Origin: Candidatus Dormiibacterota bacterium
GTDB lineage: Bacteria; Chloroflexota; Dormibacteria; Aeolococcales; Aeolococcaceae
Direction: 5' to 3'
DNA: 64,000 bases
NCBI GenBank assembly: GCA_963791435.1
Contig: CAWBSL010000003.1
Location: 186,320 to 250,319, forward strand
Each line of letters starts with the position of its first letter. Position 1 is the first letter of the stretch. Below, piece by piece: positions 38,293 through 48,407 of the stretch. The position numbers and the translations under genes are program-made. The notes under the pieces were generated by a model. The model saw nothing but the letters and a program-made list of their open reading frames with translations. It made no database searches and was not told where the DNA came from.

Positions 38293-41190
38293 ATGCCAAG
38301 GTATTCAGCCGTCAGCGCACGCGCGGGTTTTCCCGAGGCGGAGCTCGAGATCCTCGAGCTCTGGCAGCGAACTCATGTCTTCGAACGCAGCCTCGCGATG
38401 CGTCGTGACGCGCCGCCGTACGTGTTCTACGAGGGGCCGCCCACCGCAAACGGGCTGCCTGGTCTGCACCACGTCCTCGCCCGGTCCTACAAGGACGTTT
38501 TCGCGCGATACAAGCAGATGACCGGTTTCTCGGTGGCGCGGAAGGCCGGCTGGGACACACACGGGCTGCCGGTCGAGCTCGAGGTGGAGCGCGCGCTCAA
38601 GATCAGCGGCAAGAAGCAGATCGAGGAGTACGGGATCGCCGAGTTCAACGCGCGCTGCAAGGCGTCGGTGAACGAGTACATCGACCAGTGGCGGGAGATG
38701 AGCGAACGCCTCGGCTTCTGGCTCGATTTCGACCATCCCTATCGCACCTACGACGGCACGTACATGGAGTCCGTGTGGTGGAGCCTGAAGGAGCTCTGGG
38801 ACGACGAGATGCTCTACCAGGGCTACAAGGTCACGCCGTACTGTCCGCGCTGTCAGACGACACTCTCGTCACACGAGCTGAGCCAGGGCTACCGCGAGGA
38901 CACGTCGGATCCGTCCGTCTACGTGAAGTTCCGGCTCAACGACTCGGACGGCAAGACGTTTCTCCTGGCATGGACGACCACGCCGTGGACGCTCCCAGGC
39001 AACGTTGCGCTGGCGGTGCATTCCGGCAAGCCGTACGTCCGCGTCGCGCAGAACGGCGAGACGTACATCCTTGCGAAGGAACGTCTTTCCATCCTCGAGG
39101 GCGACTACGAAGTCCTCGACGAGATGGATGGACGGGACCTCGTCGACGTGACCTACGAGCCGCTCTTCACCGACATGCTTCCGGACGGCCTCGCGTTCGT
39201 CGTGCTCGATGCGCCGGAGCTGGTGAGCATGGATGAGGGCACGGGCATCGTGCATACCGCTGCTGCGTATGGCGTTGCGGACCTCGAGCTCTGCCAGCGG
39301 AAGGGCATCGCGATCCGCCACGTGGTGGGTCTGGACGGCAGGTTCCTCGACGGTCAAACGCGCTATCGCGGATTGTTCGTCAAGGACGCGGACCCGAAGA
39401 TCATCGACGACCTGCAGGAGCAGGGGAGTCTCTATCGCGCGGAGCGGATCCTGCACACATATCCCTTCTGCTGGCGGTGCGACACGCCGTTGCTCTACTA
39501 CGCCATCACCTCGTGGTTCATCCGCACCACTGCGGTCAAGGACCGTCTCCTCAAGCACAACCGCAGCGTGCGCTGGCAGCCGGCGCACATCCGTGACGGG
39601 CGGATGGGCAACTGGCTCGAGAGCCTGATCGACTGGAACCTGTCGCGGAGCCGGTACTGGGGGACGCCGCTCCCTATCTGGGTGTGCGACGCCTGCGATG
39701 AGAAGTTCTGCGCAGGGAGCGCCGCCGACGTGGGACTGACCGTCGACGACGATCTGCACCGGCCGTTCATCGACGAGGTCACGCTGCCGTGCAAAGCATG
39801 CGGCGGCGTCATGCACCGCGTCCCCGAGGTCATTGACGCCTGGTACGACTCGGGCGCGATGCCCTTTGCGCAGAAGCACTATCCCTTCGAGAACAAGGAG
39901 GCGTTCGAGCACACGCACCCCGCGGATTTCATCTGCGAGGGCGTGGATCAGACACGCGGCTGGTTCTTCTCTCTGCTCGCCGAGTCGACGCTGCTCTTCG
40001 ACCTGCCGGCATACCGGAACTGCGTCGTCGTGGGCACGCTGCAGGACAAGAACGGCAAGAAGATGTCGAAGTCGCGGCGCAACACCATCGAGCCCGACAC
40101 CATCTTCGATCAGTTCGGCGCGGACGCGGCGCGCTGGTACTTCTACGCGCAGGGCGTCGAGAACGCCGAGTTGCGCGTGAGCCCCTCGTCATTTCAGGAC
40201 GTGGTGCGGCTTTTCATGCTCACGCTCTGGAACGTCTACTCGTTCTTCGTCACCTACGCACTCACCGAGGGCTACGATCCGGCGTCGGCCGCGCCCGCCG
40301 TCATCGAGCGACCCGTCCTCGACCGCTGGTGTCTCGCCCGCCTGGCCGAGACCGTCGAGGGAGTGCGCGAGGCAATGGAGCGGTACGACGCGTCGGATGC
40401 GGTGCACGCCGTAGAAGCGTTCGTTGAGGATCTTTCCAAGTGGTACGTGCGCCGCTCGCGACGTCGCTTCTGGAAGAGCGCGGGGACGAGCGACGACTCG
40501 GCGTCGGCCTTCGCCACGCTGCACACCGTGCTGCTGACGCTGGCCGGTCTTGTGGCGCCGTTCATGCCCTTCATGGCCGAGCGTATGTACCGCAACCTCA
40601 GCGGCTTCAACGGTGACCCTCCGTCGTCGGCGGGAGCGCCGGATTCCGTGCACCTGACCGACTACCCCAAGGTGTTGGGAGCGTGGCGCGACACCGAGGT
40701 CATCGCCGAGATGAGCCGTCTGCGCCGCCTCGTGGAGGACGGGCTCGCCGCACGGACGACGGCCGGTGTGCGCGTCCGCCAGCCGCTCGCGTCCGCGACT
40801 CTCGCAAGCACGCCGCTCAACCCCGAGGTCGAGGCGATCTTCATGGAAGAGCTCAACGTCAAGCGCGTGAGCTATGTCGATCCCGAGGGCGCGCACGCCG
40901 CGGTTGTCTTCGACACGACGATCACCGACGAACTCCGCCTCGAATGGCTCGCGCGCGAGATCAGTCGCAAGGTGAACGACCTGCGTAAGCAGGCCGAGCT
41001 GCGCGTCGAGGATCGGATCACGTTTCTCGTGGACGCAGACGGCGATGCAGCGCGCGCGGTCAGCGCATATCGCGACTGGTTGATGGGGGAGACGCTCGCG
41101 GTGGCGATCGAGGACCGCCGCGACACCGCGCTCACGGAATGGGAAGGCGAGCTGGGAGGTGCACGGTGCTGGCTGGGAGTACGGCGGTAG
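38293..41190 (+). CDS. ileS: Isoleucine--tRNA ligase (IleRS2 type)
   Basis: EGPPTANG, GWDTHGLPVE, WTTTPWTLP, SRSRYWGTPLP, EGVDQTRGWF, KMSKS, WYVRRSRRRFW. Confidence 0.97.
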   Translation: MPRYSAVSARAGFPEAELEILELWQRTHVFERSLAMRRDAPPYVFYEGPPTANGLPGLHHVLARSYKDVFARYKQMTGFSVARKAGWDTHGLPVELEVERALKISGKKQIEEYGIAEFNARCKASVNEYIDQWREMSERLGFWLDFDHPYRTYDGTYMESVWWSLKELWDDEMLYQGYKVTPYCPRCQTTLSSHELSQGYREDTSDPSVYVKFRLNDSDGKTFLLAWTTTPWTLPGNVALAVHSGKPYVRVAQNGETYILAKERLSILEGDYEVLDEMDGRDLVDVTYEPLFTDMLPDGLAFVVLDAPELVSMDEGTGIVHTAAAYGVADLELCQRKGIAIRHVVGLDGRFLDGQTRYRGLFVKDADPKIIDDLQEQGSLYRAERILHTYPFCWRCDTPLLYYAITSWFIRTTAVKDRLLKHNRSVRWQPAHIRDGRMGNWLESLIDWNLSRSRYWGTPLPIWVCDACDEKFCAGSAADVGLTVDDDLHRPFIDEVTLPCKACGGVMHRVPEVIDAWYDSGAMPFAQKHYPFENKEAFEHTHPADFICEGVDQTRGWFFSLLAESTLLFDLPAYRNCVVVGTLQDKNGKKMSKSRRNTIEPDTIFDQFGADAARWYFYAQGVENAELRVSPSSFQDVVRLFMLTLWNVYSFFVTYALTEGYDPASAAPAVIERPVLDRWCLARLAETVEGVREAMERYDASDAVHAVEAFVEDLSKWYVRRSRRRFWKSAGTSDDSASAFATLHTVLLTLAGLVAPFMPFMAERMYRNLSGFNGDPPSSAGAPDSVHLTDYPKVLGAWRDTEVIAEMSRLRRLVEDGLAARTTAGVRVRQPLASATLASTPLNPEVEAIFMEELNVKRVSYVDPEGAHAAVVFDTTITDELRLEWLAREISRKVNDLRKQAELRVEDRITFLVDADGDAARAVSAYRDWLMGETLAVAIEDRRDTALTEWEGELGGARCWLGVRR

Positions 41191-41690
41191 CCGGCGGCCA
41201 GCGCGTCTCCCGGCGTCGGATCTACGTGGTCATGCTCGGCACCGCTGCGGCGGTCGCGATCGTCGACCACGTCACCAAGTGGCTGGTCGCCACGCACCTG
41301 TACATCGGGCAGCAGATCTGGCCTGGATCATTCGTGTCCATCGACCATGTCGAGAACAGCGGCGCCGCATTCAGCGTGCTGCCGCAGTTGCACTGGCTGT
41401 ACCTCGCGGTCGCGCTGATCGTCAGCCTGTACATCGTTCTCTCGGGATACAAGTACGGCACGACGTGGTACCGCCAGGTTCTCATCGGCATGATCCTCGG
41501 CGGCGCGCTCTCCAACGGCGTCGACCGACTGATCAACGGTTCGGTGGTGGATTTCATCGACTTCCATTTCTGGCCCGTGTTCAACGTCGCCGACAGCTGC
41601 ATCGTCGTCGCGATCCTCGCGCTGCTCGTGCTCAGCTTCGTCCCGACGTCGCACAAGCCCACCTCATCCGCGTCATCGGCCCCGTCATGA
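41166..41690 (+). CDS. lspA: Lipoprotein signal peptidase II
   Basis: DHVTK, NSGAAFS, GGALSNGVDR, VVDFI, FNVAD; GGAGG precedes GTG 41166. Confidence 0.94.
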   Translation: MLAGSTAVAGGQRVSRRRIYVVMLGTAAAVAIVDHVTKWLVATHLYIGQQIWPGSFVSIDHVENSGAAFSVLPQLHWLYLAVALIVSLYIVLSGYKYGTTWYRQVLIGMILGGALSNGVDRLINGSVVDFIDFHFWPVFNVADSCIVVAILALLVLSFVPTSHKPTSSASSAPS

Positions 41691-42601
41691 GCTCCGGCAC
41701 GGCAACCGTGGTCACGCCGCGGCTCGACATGTGGCTCGCCAACTCGCGCCGCATCACACGTCACGCGGCGAGGACGCTCATCGATGCCGGGCTCGTCACC
41801 GTCGACGGTCGTCCGGGCAGACCGGGTCAGCGCGTTCGCGACGCTTCTGAAGTGGTGGTCACGCCACCGGAGGTGGTGATCACCATTCCGGCGACGCGGC
41901 GGGACCCCGTGGAGTGGCCGGTCGAATTGCGCATGGTCTTCGAGGACGACTGGCTCGCCGTCGTGGACAAACCGTCCGGCATGGTGGTCCATCCCGCACC
42001 GGGACATCCGACCGGAACTCTCGCCGACGCGCTCAAGGAACGTGGGACCACCTGGTCGCTCCTCGGTGGCGCCGAGCGCGCCGGCATCGTGCACCGCCTG
42101 GATCGCGACACGAGCGGGTTGCTGGTCGTGGCCAAGACCGAGGCTGCGCATCGCAACCTGGCCCGGCAGCTCAGTGATCGCTCGCTCGGGCGCACGTACT
42201 GGGCGCTCGTCCACGGAGGGTTCCGCGAGGACACCGGGACCATCGACGCGCCGATCGCGCGTCATCCTCGCGACCGGCGGCGCATGGCGATCGTCGAGGG
42301 GGGCCGAGAGGCAATCACCGACTTTCGCGTGGTGGAACGCGTCGCCGGCGCGACCGTTCTCGATCTCTCCTTGCGCACCGGGCGGACGCACCAGATTCGC
42401 GTGCACCTCGCGTCGATCGGTCACCCGATCATCGGCGACGCGGTGTACGGACGTCCGGATCCGAACCTGCGGCGCCCTGCCCTGCACGCGATGCGCCTGA
42501 GGCTCCGGCATCCGGCCGACGGCACGGAGCGGTCGTACGAGTCGCCGGTGCCGGACGAGCTTGTGGCCGCCGCCGCCAGGCTCCGCCCAGCGGACGAATG
42601 A
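41687..42601 (+). CDS. RluA/RluD family pseudouridine synthase
   Basis: S4 domain, KPSGMVVHP, HRLDRDTSG, TGRTHQIRVH. Confidence 0.95.
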   Translation: MSSGTATVVTPRLDMWLANSRRITRHAARTLIDAGLVTVDGRPGRPGQRVRDASEVVVTPPEVVITIPATRRDPVEWPVELRMVFEDDWLAVVDKPSGMVVHPAPGHPTGTLADALKERGTTWSLLGGAERAGIVHRLDRDTSGLLVVAKTEAAHRNLARQLSDRSLGRTYWALVHGGFREDTGTIDAPIARHPRDRRRMAIVEGGREAITDFRVVERVAGATVLDLSLRTGRTHQIRVHLASIGHPIIGDAVYGRPDPNLRRPALHAMRLRLRHPADGTERSYESPVPDELVAAAARLRPADE

Positions 42602-43186
42602 CCCCGAACGGACGGCTCATCGTGCTGACCGGGCCGAGCGGCGTCGGCAAGGACACGGTGCTGCGTGAGCTGTTCGAGCTCGATCCGAGTTCTCGTGTAC
42701 TGCATCTCGTACACAACGCGCCCGCCCCGTCCTGGCGAGACGAACGGCGTGTCGTATTTCTTCGTGGACGAGGCGACCTTCCGCGCGATGATCGATGGCG
42801 ACGAGTTCTTCGAGTGGTCGACCGTCTATGGCGAGCTCAAGGGGCGGACGTTCGAGACGGTGAACAAGGCCATCGCGTCCGGGCGTGACACCGTGATCAA
42901 GATCGATGTCCAGGGCGCGGACAAGGTTCGAGCGCGGATCGGCGACAGGGGGATCTATATCTATCTCCTGCCGCCGAGCATGGAAGCACTCGAGCAGCGC
43001 TTGATCGAACGTGCCACGGAAGACCCGGCGAGCCTCCAGGCGCGCCAGGAGCTCGCGGTTGCGGAGCTCGCGCTCAAGGACACGTACGATCATCAGGTGG
43101 TGAACGACGACGCGAGGCGAGCCGCGCAGGAGATCGAGGCCATCATCCAGCGAGCGCGGTCTGAGAACGGCGGGGGTGAGGCATGA
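42598..43186 (+). CDS. gmk: Guanylate kinase; apparent frameshift at 42687-42692
   Basis: GPSGVGKDT, then (corrected) ISYTTRPPRPGE, IDVQG, LPPS, VVND. Confidence 0.93.
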
Positions 43187-44404
43187 GCCTCGAGCTCGAG
43201 GGCCATCGCGTTCTAGTCGGCATCGGCGGCAGCGTGGCCGCATACAAGGCGTGCGAGGTCGTGACCGATCTCCGTCGTGAGGGCGTGGAGGTGAAAGTCG
43301 CCATGACCGAGGCCGCAACCCGTTTCGTCACGCCGACGCTGCTCCGCGCACTGAGCGGCCACCGGGTCGCATCGAGCATTTGGGATGACGACCCCGAGGT
43401 GGGACACGGGATGAGCCACCTCGATCTCGCCTCGTGGTGCGAGGTGCAGGTCGTCGTCGCGGCGTCGGCCGACCTCATCGCGCGTCTCGCGCTCGGACTT
43501 GCCGGCGATCCGGTCACGGCCACCGCGCTCGCATGCCGGGCGCCGCTCCTGGTGGCGCCCGCGATGGAGTCGGCGATGTGGGAGCACCCGGCAACCCAGG
43601 GCCACGTGGCGACGCTCACTGCGCGCGGCGGCCGGATCATCGGCCCGGTGTACGGCAGGCTCGCGAGCGGGCACGAGAGTGCGGGCAGGATGGCCGAGCC
43701 GGATGTGATCGTCTCGGCGGTGAGGGAGATCCTTGTCGCCGGGGGCTGACCCGTCTCTCACCGGTCTGCGTTTTGTCGTCACCGCCGGGGGAACTCGCGA
43801 ACCGATCGATCCGGTGCGCTACATCGGCAATCGGTCAAGCGGCAAGATGGGCAATGAGCTGGCCGCGGCGGCAATCCGTCAGGGTGCCGAGGTCACGCTG
43901 GTGACCGCCGGCGTCCTGCCGCCGGCACAGCCAGGCTTGACAGTGCGCGTTGTCGCGACCGCTGACGAGATGTATGCGGCAGTGCGAAGCACGCTCGCGG
44001 GAGCGCGCGTCCTCATCATGGCGGCCGCAGTCGCCGACTGGCATCCGAGTCAGGCAGCTGCGCACAAGCTCAAGAAAGGTGCCTCCACGCTCACGCTCGT
44101 TCTGGTCCCGACCGTCGATATCCTCAGCTCCCTGCGCGATGACGAGATCGCGGCCGGCGTCTTCAAGGTTGGATTCGCGGCGGAGACCGACAACGTGATC
44201 GACAACGCGCGGGCGAAGCTCGACGCCAAGCATCTCGACCTCGTGATCGCAAACGACGTGTCTCGCGAAGATATCGGTATGGGGGCGGATCACAATGAGG
44301 TGACGGTGATCGGTCGCAACGGGCTGCAGCAGCACATACCGCGTGCCCCGAAGTCCGTCGTCGCCGACGCGATTGTGCGAATCATCGCGCGCAGCCTGCG
44401 ATGA
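43183..44404 (+). CDS. coaBC: Bifunctional CoaBC; split at the G-run 43741-43745, probably a 1-nt insertion
   Basis: CoaC: GSVAAYK, APAM, GRMAEP. CoaB: TAGGTREPIDPVRYIGNRSSGKMG, AAVAD, GFAAET. Removing one G fuses the two frames. Confidence 0.9.
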
Positions 44405-46392
44405 CCTTCGCGTCCGTCGTCCCCGAGACTCGCTCGCAGCTCCCGCGCGACGCCTACACGTACTCGATTCCCGACGACCTCGCTGAGCTGGTGCTTCCGG
44501 GGGTTCGGGTCGAGATCCCCTTCGGCAAGCGATCGATCCTCGGATACGTTGTCGAGCGCACGGAGGAGTCGGAATTCGCGGAGGTTCGCGCGATCGACGG
44601 TGTCATCGACGAGCCCCGGCTCATCCTCGACCACCATATCGCCCTCGCGCGACAGATCGCGGATCGGTACTGCGCACCGCTCGGTGAGGTCCTTCGCGCC
44701 ATGCTGCCCAAAGGCGTTCGCAACCGCCCCACGCGCCGCGCCGGTCCGCGCTCGATGTCACGCGCCGTGGCGGAGGCCGGCGGCCTCGGTCCACCCGAAC
44801 CCCCGCCCGTCCTCAACGACGCGCAGCGTGTGGCGGTGGCGCCGCTGCTCGAGGCGATCGCCGCGCGCACACACCGGCGCATCCTGCTCCACGGCGTTAC
44901 CGGGAGCGGCAAGACCGAGGTGTATCTCGCGGGGATCGACGCCGCTCTGGCGAAAGGACGCGGAGCGATCGTGCTGGTGCCCGAGATTGCGTTGACACCA
45001 CAGATGATTCGCCGCTTTACGGTGCGCTTTCCGGGCAAGATCGCCGTGGTCCACTCGGCGCTCACCGACGCAGAGCGCGCGGCCGAATGGCGGCGCATTC
45101 GCAGCGGCGAGCACAGCGTGGTCATCGGCTCGCGCAGCGCTGTCTTCGCACCGGTGGCCGACCTCGGGATCGTCGTGGTCGACGAGGAGGATGCCCCGGC
45201 GTACAAGCAGGACCGTGTCCCGCGATATCACGCAGTCGACGTCGCCTTGATGCTCGGCGCGCTGTGCGACGCGCCGGTCGTGATGGGCAGCGCGACGCCG
45301 CGTGTCGAGAGCTTCTTTCGCGCGCACACCGGTGAACTCGAGCTCGCGACACTGCCGGAGCGGGTCAGCGGCCGTCCACTGCCGCCGATCGAAGTTGTCG
45401 ACCTTCGTGACGAGCTGCAGGCCGGCAACACCAACGCGTTGTCGCTGACGCTCGATCGCGCGCTGCAGGAATGTCATGCAGACGGCGGTCAGTCGATCCT
45501 GTTCCTCAATCGTCGCGGCACGTCAACGGTGGTCTTGTGCCGGACGTGCGGCGAAGCGCTCACCTGCACCAACTGCAGCGTGTCGCTGGTGCACCATGTG
45601 GATCGCTCGAGCTGCGACTGCCATTACTGCGGACTCTCCATCCCGCTCCCGAGTGCATGCCCGTCATGCGGCTCTCGCACGATTCGCGCCCTCGGTATGG
45701 GCACCGAGCGGCTCGAACGCGAGGTGCGTGAGCGGTTCCCGGCGTTGCGACTCATCCGTATGGATCGCGACACCACGCGTTCGCGCGACGCGTACTTCGA
45801 CATCTACGACAAGTTCCGTCGCCACGAGGCGGACTGTCTCATCGGGACGCAGATGGTCGCCAAGGGATGGGATCTTGGCAACGTCCGTCTGGTCGGCATC
45901 GTCAACGCGGACACCTCGCTGCACTTCCCCGACTATCGCAGCGGGGAACTCACGTTCTCGCTGCTCACCCAGGTGGCGGGACGCGCGGGACGCGGCGACG
46001 AACCGGCGCGCGTGGTGCTCCAGACATACAGCCCGGGCCACTACGCGGTCCGCCACGCCACCACGCATGACTACCTGGGTTTCGCGCGCGACGAGATCCG
46101 TGTGCGCAAGGCCTTGCGATTCCCGCCCTACGCGCGTCTGTGCGTCTGCACGTTTGTGCACAAGGAAGATCACGAAGCCGAGATCGAGGTGCGCCGGGAG
46201 GCTCAGCGACTGTCTGGTACACTCGGAATTGACGCCGGGCTCGATGTCCTCGGTCCGACGCCGGCCTTCCTCCACCGGCTCCGCGGCGAATACCGCTGGC
46301 AATTCACGGTGCGAGGCAACGACATCGAGAGGGCATTCCCTCACCTTCCCAAAGCCCGGGGTTGGAGCATCGACGTCGACCCCGGGGCGTGA
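44401..46392 (+). CDS. priA: Primosomal protein N'
   Basis: GVTGSGKTEVY, VPEIALT, DEED, LNRRG, four CxxC pairs, GTQMVAKG, QVAGRAGR. Confidence 0.96.
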   Translation: MTFASVVPETRSQLPRDAYTYSIPDDLAELVLPGVRVEIPFGKRSILGYVVERTEESEFAEVRAIDGVIDEPRLILDHHIALARQIADRYCAPLGEVLRAMLPKGVRNRPTRRAGPRSMSRAVAEAGGLGPPEPPPVLNDAQRVAVAPLLEAIAARTHRRILLHGVTGSGKTEVYLAGIDAALAKGRGAIVLVPEIALTPQMIRRFTVRFPGKIAVVHSALTDAERAAEWRRIRSGEHSVVIGSRSAVFAPVADLGIVVVDEEDAPAYKQDRVPRYHAVDVALMLGALCDAPVVMGSATPRVESFFRAHTGELELATLPERVSGRPLPPIEVVDLRDELQAGNTNALSLTLDRALQECHADGGQSILFLNRRGTSTVVLCRTCGEALTCTNCSVSLVHHVDRSSCDCHYCGLSIPLPSACPSCGSRTIRALGMGTERLEREVRERFPALRLIRMDRDTTRSRDAYFDIYDKFRRHEADCLIGTQMVAKGWDLGNVRLVGIVNADTSLHFPDYRSGELTFSLLTQVAGRAGRGDEPARVVLQTYSPGHYAVRHATTHDYLGFARDEIRVRKALRFPPYARLCVCTFVHKEDHEAEIEVRREAQRLSGTLGIDAGLDVLGPTPAFLHRLRGEYRWQFTVRGNDIERAFPHLPKARGWSIDVDPGA

Positions 46393-46406
46393 ACGGAGAC
46401 AACAGC

Positions 46407-46916
46407 GTGGCAGTCCTTCCCATCGTTCTGGTCTCGGACCACAACGACGTGCTCACCACCAAGGCGATCCGCGTGCCGCGGGTTGATGATGAGATACGCC
46501 GTCTGATGGACGACATGGTCGAGACCATGTTCGACGCCAACGGCGTCGGCCTCGCCGCACCCCAGGTCGGCGTGTCGCTGCGCGTCATCGTGCTTCGCGT
46601 CGACAACCAGATCTACCAGCTCGCCAACCCCGAGATGGTGCGCACCGACGGCGACCAGACCGGATACGAGGGATGCCTGTCGGTCCCCGGGTGGGTCGGC
46701 GAGGTGACCAGGCGGCAACGCGTTGTCGCCAAAGGGCTGAACCGTCACGGCAAGGAGGTCCGCGTCAAAGGTGACGGCCTGCTCGCCCGCGCGGTGCAGC
46801 ACGAGCTCGACCACCTGGACGGCATCCTCTTCACGAGCAGGGTGAATGAGGGAACTCTTCGCGAGGTCGAACCTGCAGAGGAGGCTGAGGAGCCCGGCGT
46901 CGTCAGCGCCGTGTGA
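46407..46916 (+). CDS. def: Peptide deformylase
   Basis: GVGLAAPQVG, EGCLS, QHELDHLDG. Confidence 0.97.
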   Translation: MAVLPIVLVSDHNDVLTTKAIRVPRVDDEIRRLMDDMVETMFDANGVGLAAPQVGVSLRVIVLRVDNQIYQLANPEMVRTDGDQTGYEGCLSVPGWVGEVTRRQRVVAKGLNRHGKEVRVKGDGLLARAVQHELDHLDGILFTSRVNEGTLREVEPAEEAEEPGVVSAV

Positions 46917-47833
46917 GGCTCGTCTTCTGTGGCACCGCGGCATTCGCGGTGCCGTCGCTCCGGGCATGCGCCAGGAACCACGAGGTGCTGGCGGTGGTCA
47001 CCCGGGCGGATCGACTGGGGAATAGAGGGAAGCCGGCGCCGCGCCCCGTCGCCGAGGCGGCTCGTGAGCTCCGACTTCCGGTGCTGATGCCCGCGAAGAT
47101 CGGGGCCCCCGAAGTGGTCCGGGGCCTTGTCGACCTCATCCCGGATTGCGTGGTCGTCGCCGCGTACGGCCAGATCCTCCCGATCTCACTGCTCGATCCC
47201 CTGCCCTTCGGAGCCGTCAACGTCCATGCGTCCCTGCTGCCCCGCTGGCGAGGGGCGTCGCCGATCGCCCACGCGATCCTGGCCGGCGACGCCGAGACGG
47301 GCGTTTCCATCATGCGAATGGAGGCCGGGCTCGACACCGGGCCTGTGTACGCGATGGCGCGCATTCCCATCGAGGACGACGCGACCACGCCGGCGCTCAC
47401 CGCCGCGCTGGCCGATCTCGGGGCATCGGAGCTCGTTGCGGTGTTGAGCGCGCTCGAGCACGGTTCAGCTGAGGCGACGCCGCAACCCAAGGAGGGGGTG
47501 ACCGTCGCCCCGCGCCTGACCCGTGAGGACGGGAGAGTTGCGTGGGCGACACGGAGTGCGGTCGATGTTGACCGTATGGTTCGTGCGCTCCAGCCGTGGC
47601 CGGGCGTCGTGGCGCCGATCGATGGCGTCGACGTTCAGATCCAGTCCGGCGCGGCGGTGAGCATTGATGCCGGAGCTGTGCCTGGCAGCGTGGCGCGCCA
47701 TGAGGGCGAATCGGTGGTCATCGCCACTCTCGACGGTGGATACCGGGTCGACCTGATCACGCCTCCGGGAAAGCGAGTCATGACACCGGCGGCGTGGCTG
47801 AGGGGCCGTCGTTCGGGCGAGGCAGGCGGCTGA
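46913..47833 (+). CDS. fmt: Methionyl-tRNA formyltransferase
   Basis: FCGT, AAYGQIL, NVHASLLPRWRGASPI, LDTGP. Confidence 0.96.
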   Translation: MRLVFCGTAAFAVPSLRACARNHEVLAVVTRADRLGNRGKPAPRPVAEAARELRLPVLMPAKIGAPEVVRGLVDLIPDCVVVAAYGQILPISLLDPLPFGAVNVHASLLPRWRGASPIAHAILAGDAETGVSIMRMEAGLDTGPVYAMARIPIEDDATTPALTAALADLGASELVAVLSALEHGSAEATPQPKEGVTVAPRLTREDGRVAWATRSAVDVDRMVRALQPWPGVVAPIDGVDVQIQSGAAVSIDAGAVPGSVARHEGESVVIATLDGGYRVDLITPPGKRVMTPAAWLRGRRSGEAGG

Positions 47834-48297
47834 TGCCGACGACGCGCAAACCGGGCGACAACCTCCTGGCGCACAACCGCCGCGCCCGCTACGAATACAG
47901 CATCGTCGAGTCGCTAGAGGCCGGTATCGAGCTCACGGGCACCGAGGTGAAGTCACTGCGAACCGGCCGGATCCAGCTGCGCGACGGCTACGTGCGGGTC
48001 GAGAACGGCCAGGCGTGGCTGATGCAGGTGAATATCGCCTCGTATCAGCACGGCAACCGCAACAACCCGGAACCTGAGCGCCGCCGGCGCCTGCTCCTGC
48101 ATAAGCGCGAGATCGAGTACCTGGACGGGCGCGTGCGGACGCAGGGGCTGACGATCATCCCCCTGAGGCTGTACCTGGTTCGCAACCGGGTCAAGGTGGA
48201 GATCGGCCTCGCCCGCGGCAAGAAGCTGTGGGACAAGCGTCAGGACGTGGCGAAGCGCGACGCCGAACGTGATATGGAGCGCGCGATCAAGAACTGA
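47833..48297 (+). CDS. smpB: SsrA-binding protein
   Basis: NRRARYEY, EAGIELTGTEVKSLR, LLLHKREI, GKKLWDKR. Confidence 0.97.
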   Translation: MPTTRKPGDNLLAHNRRARYEYSIVESLEAGIELTGTEVKSLRTGRIQLRDGYVRVENGQAWLMQVNIASYQHGNRNNPEPERRRRLLLHKREIEYLDGRVRTQGLTIIPLRLYLVRNRVKVEIGLARGKKLWDKRQDVAKRDAERDMERAIKN

Positions 48298-48407
48298 CGT
48301 GCACGGCGAGCCGTGGAGATTCCGGATTCGACGCGGGTCGGTCTGCGGCGAGCCAATGAGCGCGGAGCTCCGCCAATGAGGGCGAAGTCCCGAGCTGGCT
48401 CCGGACC

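Noticed and set aside
13234-43186. Pseudogenisation or programmed frameshifting of ftsL, nrdR and gmk
   Set aside because: The same DNA-level motif occurs in both orientations relative to the coding strand and the genes are otherwise intact. Systematic sequencing error is more parsimonious.
43183-44404. Naturally split coaC and coaB
   Set aside because: The break is in a G5 run, removing one base gives a normal linker, and the second ORF lacks a convincing start. A real split is not fully excluded.
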